A stretch of DNA of 64,000 nt from assembly GCA_964016885.1 (NCBI GenBank), contig OZ024741.1, forward strand, positions 368,776,001 through 368,840,000, read 5' to 3'. The stretch is from Eledone cirrhosa (lineage: Eukaryota). The notes under the pieces were generated by a model, which had not been told where the DNA came from, searched no databases, and saw nothing but the letters and a program-made list of their open reading frames with translations. A program made the position numbers and the translations under genes. Below, one piece after another: positions 1 to 15,385 of the stretch. Numbering within the stretch: position 1 is the stretch's first letter; each line of letters starts with the position of its first letter.

Positions 1-283
1 ATATATATATATATATATATATACGTATATATATATATATATATACGTATATACATATATATATATATATATACGTATATACATATATATATATATATAC
101 GTATATACATATATATATATATACGTATATACATATATATATATATACGTATATACATATATATATATATACGTATATACATATATATATATATATACGT
201 ATATACATATAATATATATATATATATACGTATATACATATATATATATATATACGTATATACATATATATATATATATACGT
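1..283. repeat. (TA)n microsatellite, CGTATATACA variant
   Basis: Repeating (TA)n-CGTATATACA unit. The same variant resumes after the SINE at 632. Confidence 0.97.
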
Positions 284-631
284 ATCATCATCATCATCAT
301 CATTTCATTTTAACGTCTGCTTTTCCCTGCTTGCAAGGGTGGGACGGGAACTGATGCTGGCTTGATTTCTACAGCTGGATGCCCTTCCTAACACCAACCT
401 CATTTACAGTGAGTGCTGGGTGCTTTTTGCCGTGGCACCTGCACGACCACTTTGCAGTGGAATGATAGGGGACCCCAGTCCCTATCATCTCATTTCTACA
501 GCTGAGTAAACTGGAGCAATGTGAAATAAAGTGTCTTGCTCAAGGAAACAACACATAACCCGGTCTGAGAATTGAACTCACAACCTTTCGATTGCAAGGC
601 CACTGCTCTAACCACTAAGCCATGTGCCTCC
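284..631 (-). mobile_element. tRNA-derived CORE-type SINE with RTE-B-like 3' tail and (GAT)n end
   Basis: On the minus strand: GGAGGCACATGGCTTAGTGGTTAGAGC (A box), GTGAGTTCAATTC (B box), CORE-like CCTTGAGCAAGACACTTTATTTCACATTGCTCCAGTTTACTCAGCTG, then AAAAAGCACCCAGCACTCACTGTAAATGAGGTTGGTGTTAGGAAGGGCATCCAGCTGTAGAAATCAAGCCAG, which matches the RTE-B 3'UTR at ~12630-12700. Ends in (GAT)n. Confidence 0.88.
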
Positions 632-1863
632 ATACGTATATACATATATATATATATACGTATATACATATATATATATATACGTATATACATATATATA
701 TATATACGTATATACATATATATATATATACGTATATACATATATATATATATATATACGTATATACATATATATATATATACGTATATACATATATATA
801 TATATATACGTATATACATATATATATATATACGTATATACATATATATATATATATACGTATATACATATATATATATATACGTATATACATATATATA
901 TATATATACGTATATACATATATATATATACGTATATACATATATATATATATACGTATATACATATATATATATATATACGTATATACATATATATATA
1001 TATACGTATATACATATATATATATATACGTATATACATATATATATATATACGTATATACATATATATATATTATACGTATATACATATATATATATAC
1101 GTATATACATATATATATATATACGTATATACATATATATACGTATATACATATATATTATATATACGTATATACATATATATACGTATATACATATATA
1201 TATATACGTATATACATATATATATATATATACGTATATACATATATATATATATACGTATATACATATATATATATATACGTATATACATATATATATA
1301 TATACGTATATACATATATATATATATACGTATATACATATATATATATATACGTATATACATATATATATATATACGTATATACATATATATATATACG
1401 TATATAACATTATATATATATATACGTATATACATATATATATATATACGTATATACATATATATATATATACATATATATATACAAATATATATACATA
1501 TACATATACATATATATACTATATATATATAATATATATACGTATATATATATACATATATATATATACATATATATATACATACATATATATATATACA
1601 TAACATATATATATATACATACATATATATATACATACATATATATATATACATATATACATACATACATATATATATACATACATATATATATACATAC
1701 ATACATATATATATACATACATATATATATACATACATATATATACATATATATATATACATATATATATATACATATATATATACATATATATATATAC
1801 ATATATATATACATATATATATATACATATATATATATACATATACATATATATATATACATA

Positions 1864-1904
<41 letters not shown>

Positions 1905-1976
1905 ACATACATATACATACATACATATATACATACATACATATATACATACATATATACATACATACATACATAC

Positions 1977-2007
<31 letters not shown>

Positions 2008-2022
2008 CATATACATATATAC

Positions 2023-2053
<31 letters not shown>

Positions 2054-2164
2054 CATATATATATATATGTATATATATATATGTATGTATATATATACAT
2101 ACATATATATATATACATATATATATATATACATATATATATATACATACATATATATATATAC

Positions 2165-2195
<31 letters not shown>

Positions 2196-2378
2196 CATAT
2201 ATATATATACATATATATATATACATATATATATATACATATATATATATACATATATATATATACATACATATATATATATACATACATATATACATAC
2301 ATATATATATATACATACATATATACATATATACATACATATATACATACATACATACATATATATATACATATATAC

Positions 2379-2409
<31 letters not shown>

Positions 2410-2430
2410 CATATATACATACATATATAC

Positions 2431-2469
<39 letters not shown>

Positions 2470-2648
2470 AACATATATATATATATACATATACATATAC
2501 ATATATATATACATATATATATACATATATATATACATATATATATACATATATATACACATATATATACATATATATATACATATATATATACATATAT
2601 ATACATATATATATATATACATACATATATATATACATACATACATAC

Positions 2649-2697
<49 letters not shown>

Positions 2698-2733
2698 CAT
2701 ACATATATACACATACATATATATATATACATA

Positions 2734-2773
<40 letters not shown>

Positions 2774-2831
2774 CATATATACATATATATATATACATAC
2801 ATATATATATATACATACATATATATACATT

Positions 2832-2870
<39 letters not shown>

Positions 2871-3063
2871 ACATACATATATATATATACATACATATAT
2901 ATATATACATACATATACATACATATATATATACATATATATACATACATATATATATATATATATCATATATATATACATATATATATACATACATATA
3001 CATACATACATATATATATATACATACATACATATACATACACATACATACATACATACACAT

Positions 3064-3144
<81 letters not shown>

Positions 3145-3272
3145 CATACATATATATATATACATACATATATATATATACATACATATATATATATATA
3201 CTATATATATACATATATATACATATATACATACATATATATATATATATATACTTATATATATATACATAT

Positions 3273-3303
<31 letters not shown>

Positions 3304-3446
3304 CTATATATATATATACATATATACATACATATATATATATAATATATACATACATATATATATATATACTATATATATACATATATATACATATATA
3401 CATACATATATATATATATATATATACTATATATATATATACATAT

Positions 3447-3477
<31 letters not shown>

Positions 3478-3574
3478 CTATATATATATATACATATATA
3501 CATACATATATATATATATACATATATACATACATATATATATATATATATATACTATATATATATATACATAT

Positions 3575-3605
<31 letters not shown>

Positions 3606-3658
3606 CTATATATATATATATACATATATATATATACTATATATATATATATACATAT

Positions 3659-3703
<45 letters not shown>

Positions 3704-3773
3704 CATACATATATATATATATACATACATATATATATATATATACATACATATATATATATATATATATTAC

Positions 3774-3804
<31 letters not shown>

Positions 3805-3805
3805 C

Positions 3806-3858
<53 letters not shown>

Positions 3859-3891
3859 CATATATATATACATACATATATATATACATAC

Positions 3892-3954
<63 letters not shown>

Positions 3955-3991
3955 CATATATATATACATACATATATATATATATATATAT
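632..3991. repeat. Compound (TA)n/(TACA)n microsatellite array with a (CA)n tract near 3075-3110
   Basis: Directly visible. Confidence 0.97.
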
Positions 3992-4398
3992 ACAGAGAAG
4001 ACCCGCCTTGCCAGTAGGCATCTCTAACAAAATACACCCCGTCCCGCCACCACCCCCACCCATCCACACCACCCCCACCCCATCCACACCACCCCGTTCT
4101 ATGTAAAGTTATGTTGGTGCCGCGCCATCCAGGCCGAAACAAATGAGACCGTGTAGGTGTCACGACAAAAAAACACACAGTCCACGCTGTAATGTGGCCG
4201 TGTAGGCAACACGGTAAAAACCTCCCAGACCCACACTGTAAATGTGGTTGGTGTTAGGAAGGGCATCCAACTGTAGAAAACCTGCCAGACAGTCCTATGC
4301 GAGCAAGACAATCACTCTTGCCTCAATTGGGACTACCCCCGTCCAAACCCATGCAAGCGTGGAACACAGACGTTAAACGTTGATGATGATGATGATGA

Positions 4399-4399
<1 letters not shown>
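3992..4399 (+). mobile_element. RTE-A LINE, 5'-truncated 3' end (variant with a ~31 bp deletion over the stop codon)
   Basis: Matches 19932-20351 but reads ACCCGCCTTGCCAGTAGG. Has a (GAT)n tail. Confidence 0.92.
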
Positions 4400-4434
<35 letters not shown>

Positions 4435-4721
4435 TACATACATACATATATACATACATACATACATACATATATACATACATATATATATACATACATA
4501 TATATATACATACATATATATATATATACATATATATATACATACATATATATATATATACATATATATATACATACATATATATATACATACATACATA
4601 TATATATATACATACATACATACATATATATACATACATACATACATACATATACATACATACATACATATACATATACATATACATACATATACATATA
4701 CATACATATATATATACATAC

Positions 4722-4788
<67 letters not shown>

Positions 4789-5115
4789 CATATATATATA
4801 CATATATATATACATACATATATATATATATACATATATATACATACATACATACATATATATACATATATATATACATACATATATATATATATATACA
4901 TACATATATACATACATACATACATACATATATATATACATACATATATACATACATATATACATACATATATATATATATATACATACATATATACATA
5001 CATATATATATATATATATATACATATTTACATACATATATATATATATATATACATATATACATACATATATATATACATATATACATACATATATATA
5101 TACATATATACATAC

Positions 5116-5188
<73 letters not shown>

Positions 5189-5249
5189 CACATATATATA
5201 TATATACATATATATACATATACATATATATACATATACATATATATAC

Positions 5250-5280
<31 letters not shown>

Positions 5281-5397
5281 CATATATATACATATATATA
5301 TATATACATATATATACATATATATATATATATACATATATATATACATACATATATATATACATACATATATATATACATACATATATATATACAT
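4400..5397. repeat. (TA)n/(TACA)n array
   Basis: Directly visible. Confidence 0.97.
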
Positions 5398-6005
5398 GGT
5401 GGCTGCCAACTCGTTTTCGAGTACGGCCACTACTTTATATCCATGTAGGAGAACCCCTACTGATGCGCTGAACGAGTGTGACTTTTTAGTCCAGCCAGCG
5501 ACTTGAAAACTCTGGTACAAACACTACACTTGTGACAATTATTGACACATAGTGTTGGGCCCATGGTACCATGTGACGACAAGTGCAGAGAGATCTCCAG
5601 ATATAAAGCAATGCCTGTGCCGTGAAGCTTTTATAGTGAGCAAAGGCACTGCACAAAGCCAGTCCCACTCTCTTAACCAAGATGATATTTACCAAAAAGA
5701 AGAACAAGTCAACATCATTGGATACCATCAGGGTTGCAGGTGTTATATCAGAGTTTTCCTTCTCCTAGAATTCTGCCTTGACAAAGGCTAAGGGGTCATC
5801 TCTCCCGGTGATTTTGGATGGCCATTGACTCTTAAGAGCTCCTTTGCCCTTTGACAGGTTTTGTTTTTAGTCCTGCAGGATGTCCAAAGTCACCCTCCTC
5901 ACCAAGAAACCTTGGTGGGGTTGCCAGTTTAGTCGCCAACGACCCGACCATGGGACAGGTTGTACTGGGATACATGTTACCAGTAGCACCAACTGGTGAC
6001 CTGAC
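5398..6005 (-). mobile_element. Bipartite non-autonomous RTE-type element, copy 1 (RTE-like 5'UTR fused to C-terminal C2H2 finger and 3' end)
   Basis: Near-identical copy with the same boundaries at 49419-50023. RTE 5'UTR-like motif CTAGGAGAAGGAAAACTCTGATATAACACC. Minus frame ~5552-5457 reads [31 protein letters not shown]. Terminal hairpin CTCG-AAAA-CGAG. Confidence 0.75.
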
Positions 6006-7316
<1,311 letters not shown>

Positions 7317-10300
7317 TAACTTTGAATAACTTTGAAATGTTTTGGCCAGTATTGGCCCAGGCCATGTCTAACTTAATAGCACCACCTGGCGAAGTCTTTC
7401 AATTCAGGATTTGGGCACCATGGCCCATTCGAGAAGAGAATTACTGTTTGCGGAGACATATCCGGGTGTGGGTGGTTTGTCCGGGATTACTTGGAGGAAT
7501 TTGTCCAAAGACTTCTTGAATTTTGTGTGGTCAGTTTCTGTTTTGACGTGTCCTGGTGTGATGTTGAAGAGAGCAGGGCCGATTGAGGTGAAATAATTGT
7601 GCCGTATTGTTGTTATGAGTTGCGATTTAGATTTTTGAATGGGACGGATAGCACGGGGCCCAAGCCTTGGGTGTATCTTGAAGGCGATGCCAACATCATT
7701 TGGGCAGTGATGATGGAACATTTTCCACATCATGCAGATAATATAACGCTCACGGCGACGTTGGAGTGAGTAAAGTTTCAGGTTTTCCAATCGACCCCAG
7801 TAGTCAAGGTCTGACATGCCATCTATCTTTTTCGTGATTGCCCTTTGAGGAGCTTCAAGTTTCATGATACTTTGTTTCGTGTGGGGAGACCACAGTGGAC
7901 AACAGTATTCAAGGTGTGGTCGGGCGAAAGTAGAGAAGAGAAGGATAATGGTGCAGGAATCTCTCGACTGGAAGGTTCTGAGGATCCAGGAACACATTCT
8001 GCGGGCCATGTCAACTTTGCTGCTTATATGCGTGGTCCAGCTTATGTTGCTGTCCACAGTTACTCCCAAGTCTCTGATGTTGTTAGATGCCACGAGAGTT
8101 TCCCCGGAGGGAAGGGAGTACGGGAGTTTCAGAGCATCCTCTTTTCCAAAGTGGATCAGTTCGAATTTGTCTTCGTTCAGTAACATGTTGTTCTTTTCTG
8201 CCCATTGGGTAACAGCCAGTAGGTCTGACTGAAGGCTTATCCGGTCATCCACGCCATTGATGACCTTTTGGAGCTTGGAATCATCAGCGAAAATTTTAAT
8301 GTTGCTGTGTTTGATGATGTCAGTGATGTCATTAATATAGATGATGAAGAGAAGTGGGCCCAACACAGTGCCTTGTGGGACTCCACTACTGACTTTGGCT
8401 GGGCTTGATTTGACTCCCTCAACTACAACATGTTGGGTTCTGTTTGACAGGAAGCTCTTGATCCACTGCAGCAGCTTTCCAGTGACACCAATATTGGACA
8501 GCTTTCTCAGTAGAATGTTATGATCAACCCTGTCAAAGGCCTTGCTGAAATCAAGGTAGATAACATCAGTGTTGGAACCCTCTCCCAAGGCTCTCAAAAT
8601 GTCATCAAAGTGATGCAGTAGTTGCGTCAGGCAATCCCTTCCATTACGGAATCCATGCTGGTTGGAGTTCAGCATATTGTTACTCTCAAGGAAGTGGGTC
8701 ATTCGTGATCTCACCACTCGCTCAAATACCTTAATGATATGAGAGGTGAGTGAGATTGGACGGTAATTCACGGCAAGGGATTTGTTTCCCTTTTTGAAAA
8801 CTGGGACAACAGACTGGGATAGAAGGTTTTCTGGCACATATCCAGCATCCAGTGAGTTCCGCCACAGATTGGCAAGAGGAGAAGCAAGTTGGTGTTGACA
8901 CGCCTTCAAGACACAAGCAGGGAACCTATCGGGACCTACTGCTGAATTATGCTTGATTTCCTTTATTGCCGCCAAGACATCAGGGGCGCCAAACGTTATG
9001 TCCGATAAGGTGTAATGGGGAGTAACATCGCCGATACAGCCCAGATCGGCCATATCAGGATTGCTGAAAACAGAGCAGTATTGTTTCTGCAGTATCTCAC
9101 CCATGGTTTTAGCATTGTCTTGAAGAGTGCCATTTTCATCAATTAGAGGGCCAACAGTAGAGCCAGTGATTTTGTGTTTTTTTGCAAATGAAAAGAACAC
9201 TTTGGGATTGAGTTTGATCTTCTCAATGGCCCAGGCCTCTTCAGCTCTTCTCTGATTGTTGATGAGGGACATTATGTTGTTTTGGAGGTTATGTTTTTTA
9301 ATCTCTAGTGATGAAATGGCAGTCAAGTTGATGTGTTGCTGCTGACAGTATTTCAGATTGTTGATTTTTTTGTTCGTTCTCTTAATTTTTCTGATGAGCG
9401 TTTTTCTATTTCTAGGGATTCTGCTCTTAGATTTGTTTATAGTTCTTAATGGGGTGTGTTTAGCACATATGTTTGTAACAGTGTCCACAAATGTCTGCCA
9501 GGACTTTTTGATGTTAGTGGGTGTATGAGTGTGCGTGAAGGACCAGTCGACATGTGCAAGATCATGACTGATCGCTTCCCAGTTTGCATTGTGGAAATCC
9601 ATAGCGTCAAACGGATGGGCAGGAGAAATGACATTGGGTTTGTATATTGGACGGTGGAATCTCAGATCACAGAGAACCATGTCATGATCAGAGAGTAGAG
9701 TTTTCTCCACTGCAATATTGTGGATATTGTCAGTGTGATTGCTGAAAATTAAGTCTAGGACGTTTTTGTGGCACCTCGTTGGTTCGAGCACTAGTTGGGA
9801 TAGGAAGAAATCATCCATGAAGTCAAGAAGCGATTCCACAGCTTCCCTGTCAGAGGTTGAGGCAGAAGAACCTGGTGGCAGGGTGTTTGTGGACCAGTCA
9901 ACTCCGGGGAGGTTGAAGTCCCCCATCATTAAGATGTTGTCAGGGTGACACTCTTGGATGAAACACTTTATGCTGTTGAGGCATTCCTTGAAGCATGGTA
10001 CAGGCGTTTGGGGTGGCCTATAGAGCCCAACTACTAATAGGTTGTTGGTTTGACTGAATACAGTGACTGCTTCACAGTATCCATTAGTGAATATGTTCAT
10101 AGCCTCTGTTGAGAAAGAATTATGGACATAAATGGCAGTTCCGCCCTTTCTTCTGCCAGCGCGATCAGCACGGATGGCTTTGAAATTTTTCACTTTCACC
10201 TCGGCTTCCAAGTGGAGGTTACTGAGATGGGTTTCAGTGAGGACGAAGAAAGGGATGTGGTTTGGATGGACATCAATCCAGTCCTCCAGGAATTTGATCT

Positions 10301-10485
10301 TCCATTTTTGAGTATTGGTGGAAGGGCTGATGCCTTGGGCGTTAAGCAAAAATGAAGAGGCGAGGGTGGATGGTTTTAATTGTTTTGGTGTGTTGTTAAT
10401 TTGTTTGTTTGTTAATGGCAGCAATGGGAGTTTGTGCAGTGGGGTGATAGTGGAGGGTAGTGCTGGGTGATAGCTCGAATGTTTT
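7317..10485 (-). mobile_element. CR1-group LINE, 5'-truncated, with intact ORF2
   Basis: APE+RT ORF, a short 3'UTR with a CATGGCC..TGGCC stem, and a (TTCAAAGTTA)x2 terminal repeat. Confidence 0.9.
7404..10485 (-). CDS. CR1-like ORF2: APE endonuclease + reverse transcriptase (true start uncertain, near 10350-10380)
   Basis: Motifs LNAQGI, LTETHL, GDFNLP, SDH (APE); [39 protein letters not shown] (RT); RPHLEYC..W. Uninterrupted frame. Confidence 0.92.
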
Positions 10486-10603
10486 ACATACATATATATA
10501 CATATATATGTATGTATGTATATATGTATATATATATGTATGTTATACATACATATATATACATATATATATACATACATATATATATATATATATATGT
10601 ATG

Positions 10604-10638
<35 letters not shown>

Positions 10639-10962
10639 CATACATATATATATATATACATACATATATATATACATACATATATATATACATACATATA
10701 TATATACATACATATATATATACATACATATATATATACATACATATATATATACATACATATATATATACATACATATATATATACATACATATATATA
10801 TACATACATATATATACATATATATATATACATATATATATATACATATATATATATACATATATATATATACATATATATATACATACATATATATATA
10901 CATACATATATATATATACATACATATATATATATACATACATATATATATATACATACATA

Positions 10963-10994
<32 letters not shown>

Positions 10995-11024
10995 CATATA
11001 TACATACATACATATATACATACA

Positions 11025-11058
<34 letters not shown>

Positions 11059-11270
11059 CATACATACATATATACATACATACATATATACATACATACA
11101 TATATATATATATACATACATATATATATACATACATATATATATACATACATATATATATACATACATATATATATACATATATATGTATGTATATATA
11201 TACAAAATATGTATATATATATGTATGTATATATATATGTATGTATATATATATGTATGTATATATATAC
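10486..11270. repeat. (TA)n/(TACA)n array with TATG-oriented patches at both edges
   Basis: Directly visible. Confidence 0.95.
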
Positions 11271-12827
11271 AAAAGCCACTCTACTTGGCATTTGTCGACC
11301 TTGAGAAAGCCTTTGACAGAGTTCCACGTGCAGTAATCTGGTGGGCTCTTAGAAAACTAGGAGTAGATGAATGGCTTGTGAAAGCGGTACAAGCCATGTA
11401 TAGGGGAGCAGTCAGCAAAGTTAGGATTGGCAATGAGTATAGCGAGGAATTTAGCGTACAGGTTGGGGTCCACCAGGGCTCTGTTCTTAGCCCTCTCCTG
11501 TTCATCATAGTCCTGCAGGCAATAACGGAGGAGTTTAAGACCGGATGCCCATGGGAACTCCTGTATGCTGATGACCTCGCACTCATAGCTGAATCTATGG
11601 TAGAACTAGAGAATAAATTCCAAACCTGGAAGCAGGGACTAGAGAGAAAGGGCCTCAAAGTCAACATGACAAAGACTAAGGTCCTTATAAGTAGACGAGA
11701 AAACAGAACCCAGATCCCCTCAGGGAAATGGCCTTGCTCAGTATGTAGGAAAGGTGTAGGTAGGAACTCCATTCTTTGCCCCAAATGCAAACAATGGGTA
11801 CACAAGAGATGTAGCGGGATCTCAGGAAGCTTAATTAAGAATGTAGGATTCACATGCAGCAGCTGTGCTGAAACAGCAAGCAAACAGCCACAGGAAACAA
11901 GTACCACCAATCTCTGGGAGGGCCCTGTAGAAACAGTAGACAGCTTCTGCTACCTAGGTGACCGAATTAGCAACGGAGGTGGGTGCTCAGAAAGTACAAT
12001 AACTAGGGTAAGAACGGGATGGAAGAAGTTTAGGGAACTACTACCACTGCTAGCTGCAAAAGGCTTCTCCCTCAGAATGAAAGGCAGACTGTATGATGCG
12101 TGTATCCGAACAGCGATGTTGCATGGTAGTGAGACCTGGGTGCTGAAGGTGGAAGACCTACGTAGATTAGAGAGAAACGAAGCCTGCATGCTCCGATGGA
12201 TGTGTAACAGTAATATACGTGAACGACAAAGCATAAATGAATTGAGAGAGAGACTGAGCATAAGAGGAATCAAATGCTGCGTGCAGGAGAGGCGGTTACG
12301 CTGGTATGGACATGTGATGCGTATGAAGGATGACAGCTGCATAAAAAGGTGCAGAGCACTAGAAGTTGATGGAAACCGCGGAGTGGGGAGACCCAAGATG
12401 ACTTGGGATGAGGTGATAAAAGCCGACCTTACCCAACTACACCTCTCAAAGTCAATGACACACGACCGTGACTTCTGGCGTCACGCAGTAATACAGGGTA
12501 CCCGACCTCCCATGGGTACATGCTGAAGCATATAAACAATATGCCCCCCCCCCACCGCAAGGTGGTCGTGGAGGTGCCACGGCAAAAAAGCACCCAGCCC
12601 ACACTGTAAAGTGGACGTGTAGGCGCCACGAAAAAGCACCCAGCACTCACTGTAAATGAGGTTGGTGTTAGGAAGGGCATCCAGCTGTAGAAATCAAGCC
12701 AGATCAGTTCCTGTATGAGCAAGGCATGGTCAGCCGACCAGACACTGCCCACAACAGGACAACCCGTCTAACCCATGCTAGCGTGGAAGAACGGACGTAA
12801 AACGGTGATGATGATGATGATGATGAT
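11271..12827 (+). mobile_element. RTE-B LINE, 5'-truncated (RT C-terminal half in frame to the stop at 12526, 3'UTR, (GAT)n tail)
   Basis: [46 protein letters not shown]. Near-identical to 46175-47690. Confidence 0.93.
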
Positions 12828-13080
12828 ACATACATATATATATACATACATATATATATACATACATACATATATACATACATACATATATACATACATA
12901 CATATATACATACATACATATATACATACATACATATATACATACATACATATATACATACATATATATATACATACATATATATATACATACATATATA
13001 CATACATATATATATACATACATATATATATACATACATATATATATACATACATATATATATACATACATATATATATA
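12828..13080. repeat. (TACA)/(TA) array between tail-to-tail RTEs
   Basis: Directly visible. Confidence 0.95.
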
Positions 13081-15251
13081 CATCATCATCATCATCATCA
13101 TCATCAGCGTTTAACGTCCGTGTTCCACGCTTGCATGGGTTTGGACGGGGGTAGTCCCACTTGAGGCAAGAGTGATTTTCTTGCTCGCATAGGACTGTCT
13201 GGCAGGTTTTCTACAGTTGGATGCCCTTCCTAACACCAACCACATTTACAGTGTGGGTCTGGGAGGTTTTTACCGTGTTGCCTACACGGCCACATTACAG
13301 CGTGGACTGTGTGTTTTTTTGTCGTGACACCTACACGATCTCATTTGTTTCGGCCTCGATGGCGCGGCACCAACATAACTTTACATAGAACGGGGTGGTG
13401 TGGATCGGGTGGGGGTGGTGGGACGGGGTGTATTTGTTAGAGATGCCTACTGGCTGGAGTAGGTTTTACTATATATTTAGGTAAGGCGGGTCTTCTCTGT
13501 TACTGAGTACCGCCAAAGGTCTCGGTCCAGTGACATTGTCTTGGAGAGGTGTAAGTGTGTGATGTCGGAGTTTATCAGCTCGTCCCAGGTTTTTCTAGGT
13601 CTGCCTATTCCGTGACTACCGTCTATCTTTATTGCCCTGCACTTTGTTATACAGCTATCGACTTTCATGCGCATCACGTGTCCATACCAACGTAGCCTTC
13701 TCTCGAGTAAACAACATCTGATCCCTCTTATCTCTAATTTATTCCTTAGTTCGTTTATGCTTTGCCGTTCACGTATATTACTGTTACACATCCAGCGGAG
13801 CATGCAAGCTTCGTTCCTCTCTAGTCTGCGTATATCCTCTGCACACAATGCCCAGGTCTCACTGCCATGCAGCATTGCTGTTCGTATGCAGGCATCGTAC
13901 AACCTGCCTTTCATTTTTAGTGAGAACCCTTTAGCAGCTAATAGTGGTATAAGCTCTCTGAACTTTTTCCAACCAGTTCTGACTCTAGCTACAGTACTTT
14001 CAGAGCACCCTCCCCCACTGCTGATTTTATCGCCCAGGTAACGGAAGCTGTCCACTATTTCTATAGAACCCTCTGCGCAATTGAAAGAGCTAGTAGTTTG
14101 TGGGCACTTGCTGCTACTTATTGCACCAGAGCACCGGCCACATGTAAAATCTATGTTCTTAGTTAGCCTACCTGTGATCCCACTACATCTTTTATGCACC
14201 CATACTTTGCATTTAGGACATAAAATGGAGTTTCTACCTACGCCTTTCCTACACACCGAGCACGACCATTTCCCAGAAGGGACCGCCGCCTTGTTTTCTT
14301 TCCTACAAACTAGTACTTTGGTCTTAGCCAGGTTAATTTTAAGTCCTTTTGACTCTAGGCCGTGCTTCCATGTTTGGAATTTCTTCTCTAGCTCGGCCAT
14401 TGATTCCGCTATGAGTGTCAGGTCGTCTGCGTATAGGAGTTCCCATGGGCAGCCTGTCTTGAACTCCTCTGTTATGGCCTGAAGGGCAATAATAAATAGT
14501 AGTGGACTGAGAACAGAGCCCTGATGGACGCCGACTTTTACGCTAAACTCTTCACTATATTCGTTGTTAATTCTAACCTTGCTGACTGTTTCTTTATACA
14601 TGGCTTGTATAGCCCTCACAAGCCATTCGTCAACGCCTAGTTTTCTAAGAGCCCACCAGATAATGGAGCGGGGGACTCTGTCGAAGGCTTTCTCCAAGTC
14701 GACAAAAGCTAAGTAGAGGGGTTTACCTTTAGCTAGGTACTTCTCTTGTAGTTGTCGTACTATGAAAAGAGCGTCTGTGGTACTTTTGCCTGACACAAAC
14801 CCGAACTGCATTTCATCTAGGTCAATTCTCTCTCTGATTAGCTGCGCTATTACTCTTTCCGTGACCTTCATGACCTGGTCGATTAATTTAATGCCTCTAT
14901 AGTTACTCCTATCTAGGGCGTCTCCTTTACCCTTATAACAGTTAACGATGATGCTGCTATGCCAGTCCTTCGGAACAACCCCGTTTTGTACGACTTGGTT
15001 AACTATGCGGGTGACCATGGTGTGTCCCACCGTGCCAGATGCCTTCAGCATCTCAGCAACTATTTCCGAAGGCCCAGCCGCCTTACCAGTCTTCATATCC
15101 TTGATTGCCTTACTTATTATACTCCCCTCGACTAACACTGCTGGTCCCTCTATTGGGTCGATATGGGGGAGACTGCCTTTCTCCCAATTATTCTCCTCAT
15201 TTAGAAGCCTTTCCATTTAGAAGCCTTTCATAGTGACACTTCCAAGCTACC
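13081..15251 (-). mobile_element. RTE-A LINE, 5'-truncated (RT ORF 13477-15216)
   Basis: Almost identical reverse complement of ~18197-20351. Carries a 16-bp tandem duplication CATTTAGAAGCCTTTC at 15198-15229. Confidence 0.95.
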
Positions 15252-15385
15252 ACATATATATATACATACATATATATATACATATATATATACATATATA
15301 CATACATATATATATACATATATATATACATATATATATACATACATATATATATATATATATACATACATACATATATATATAC

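Noticed and set aside
560-631. tRNA gene
   Set aside because: A and B boxes are present but the acceptor and anticodon stems are poor, and it is fused to CORE and LINE tail sequence, so it is a SINE head.
10460-11327. Microsatellite-encoded N-terminal extensions on the CR1, RTE-B and 61352-63997 ORFs
   Set aside because: Read-through from stop-free TA arrays into 5'-truncated elements.
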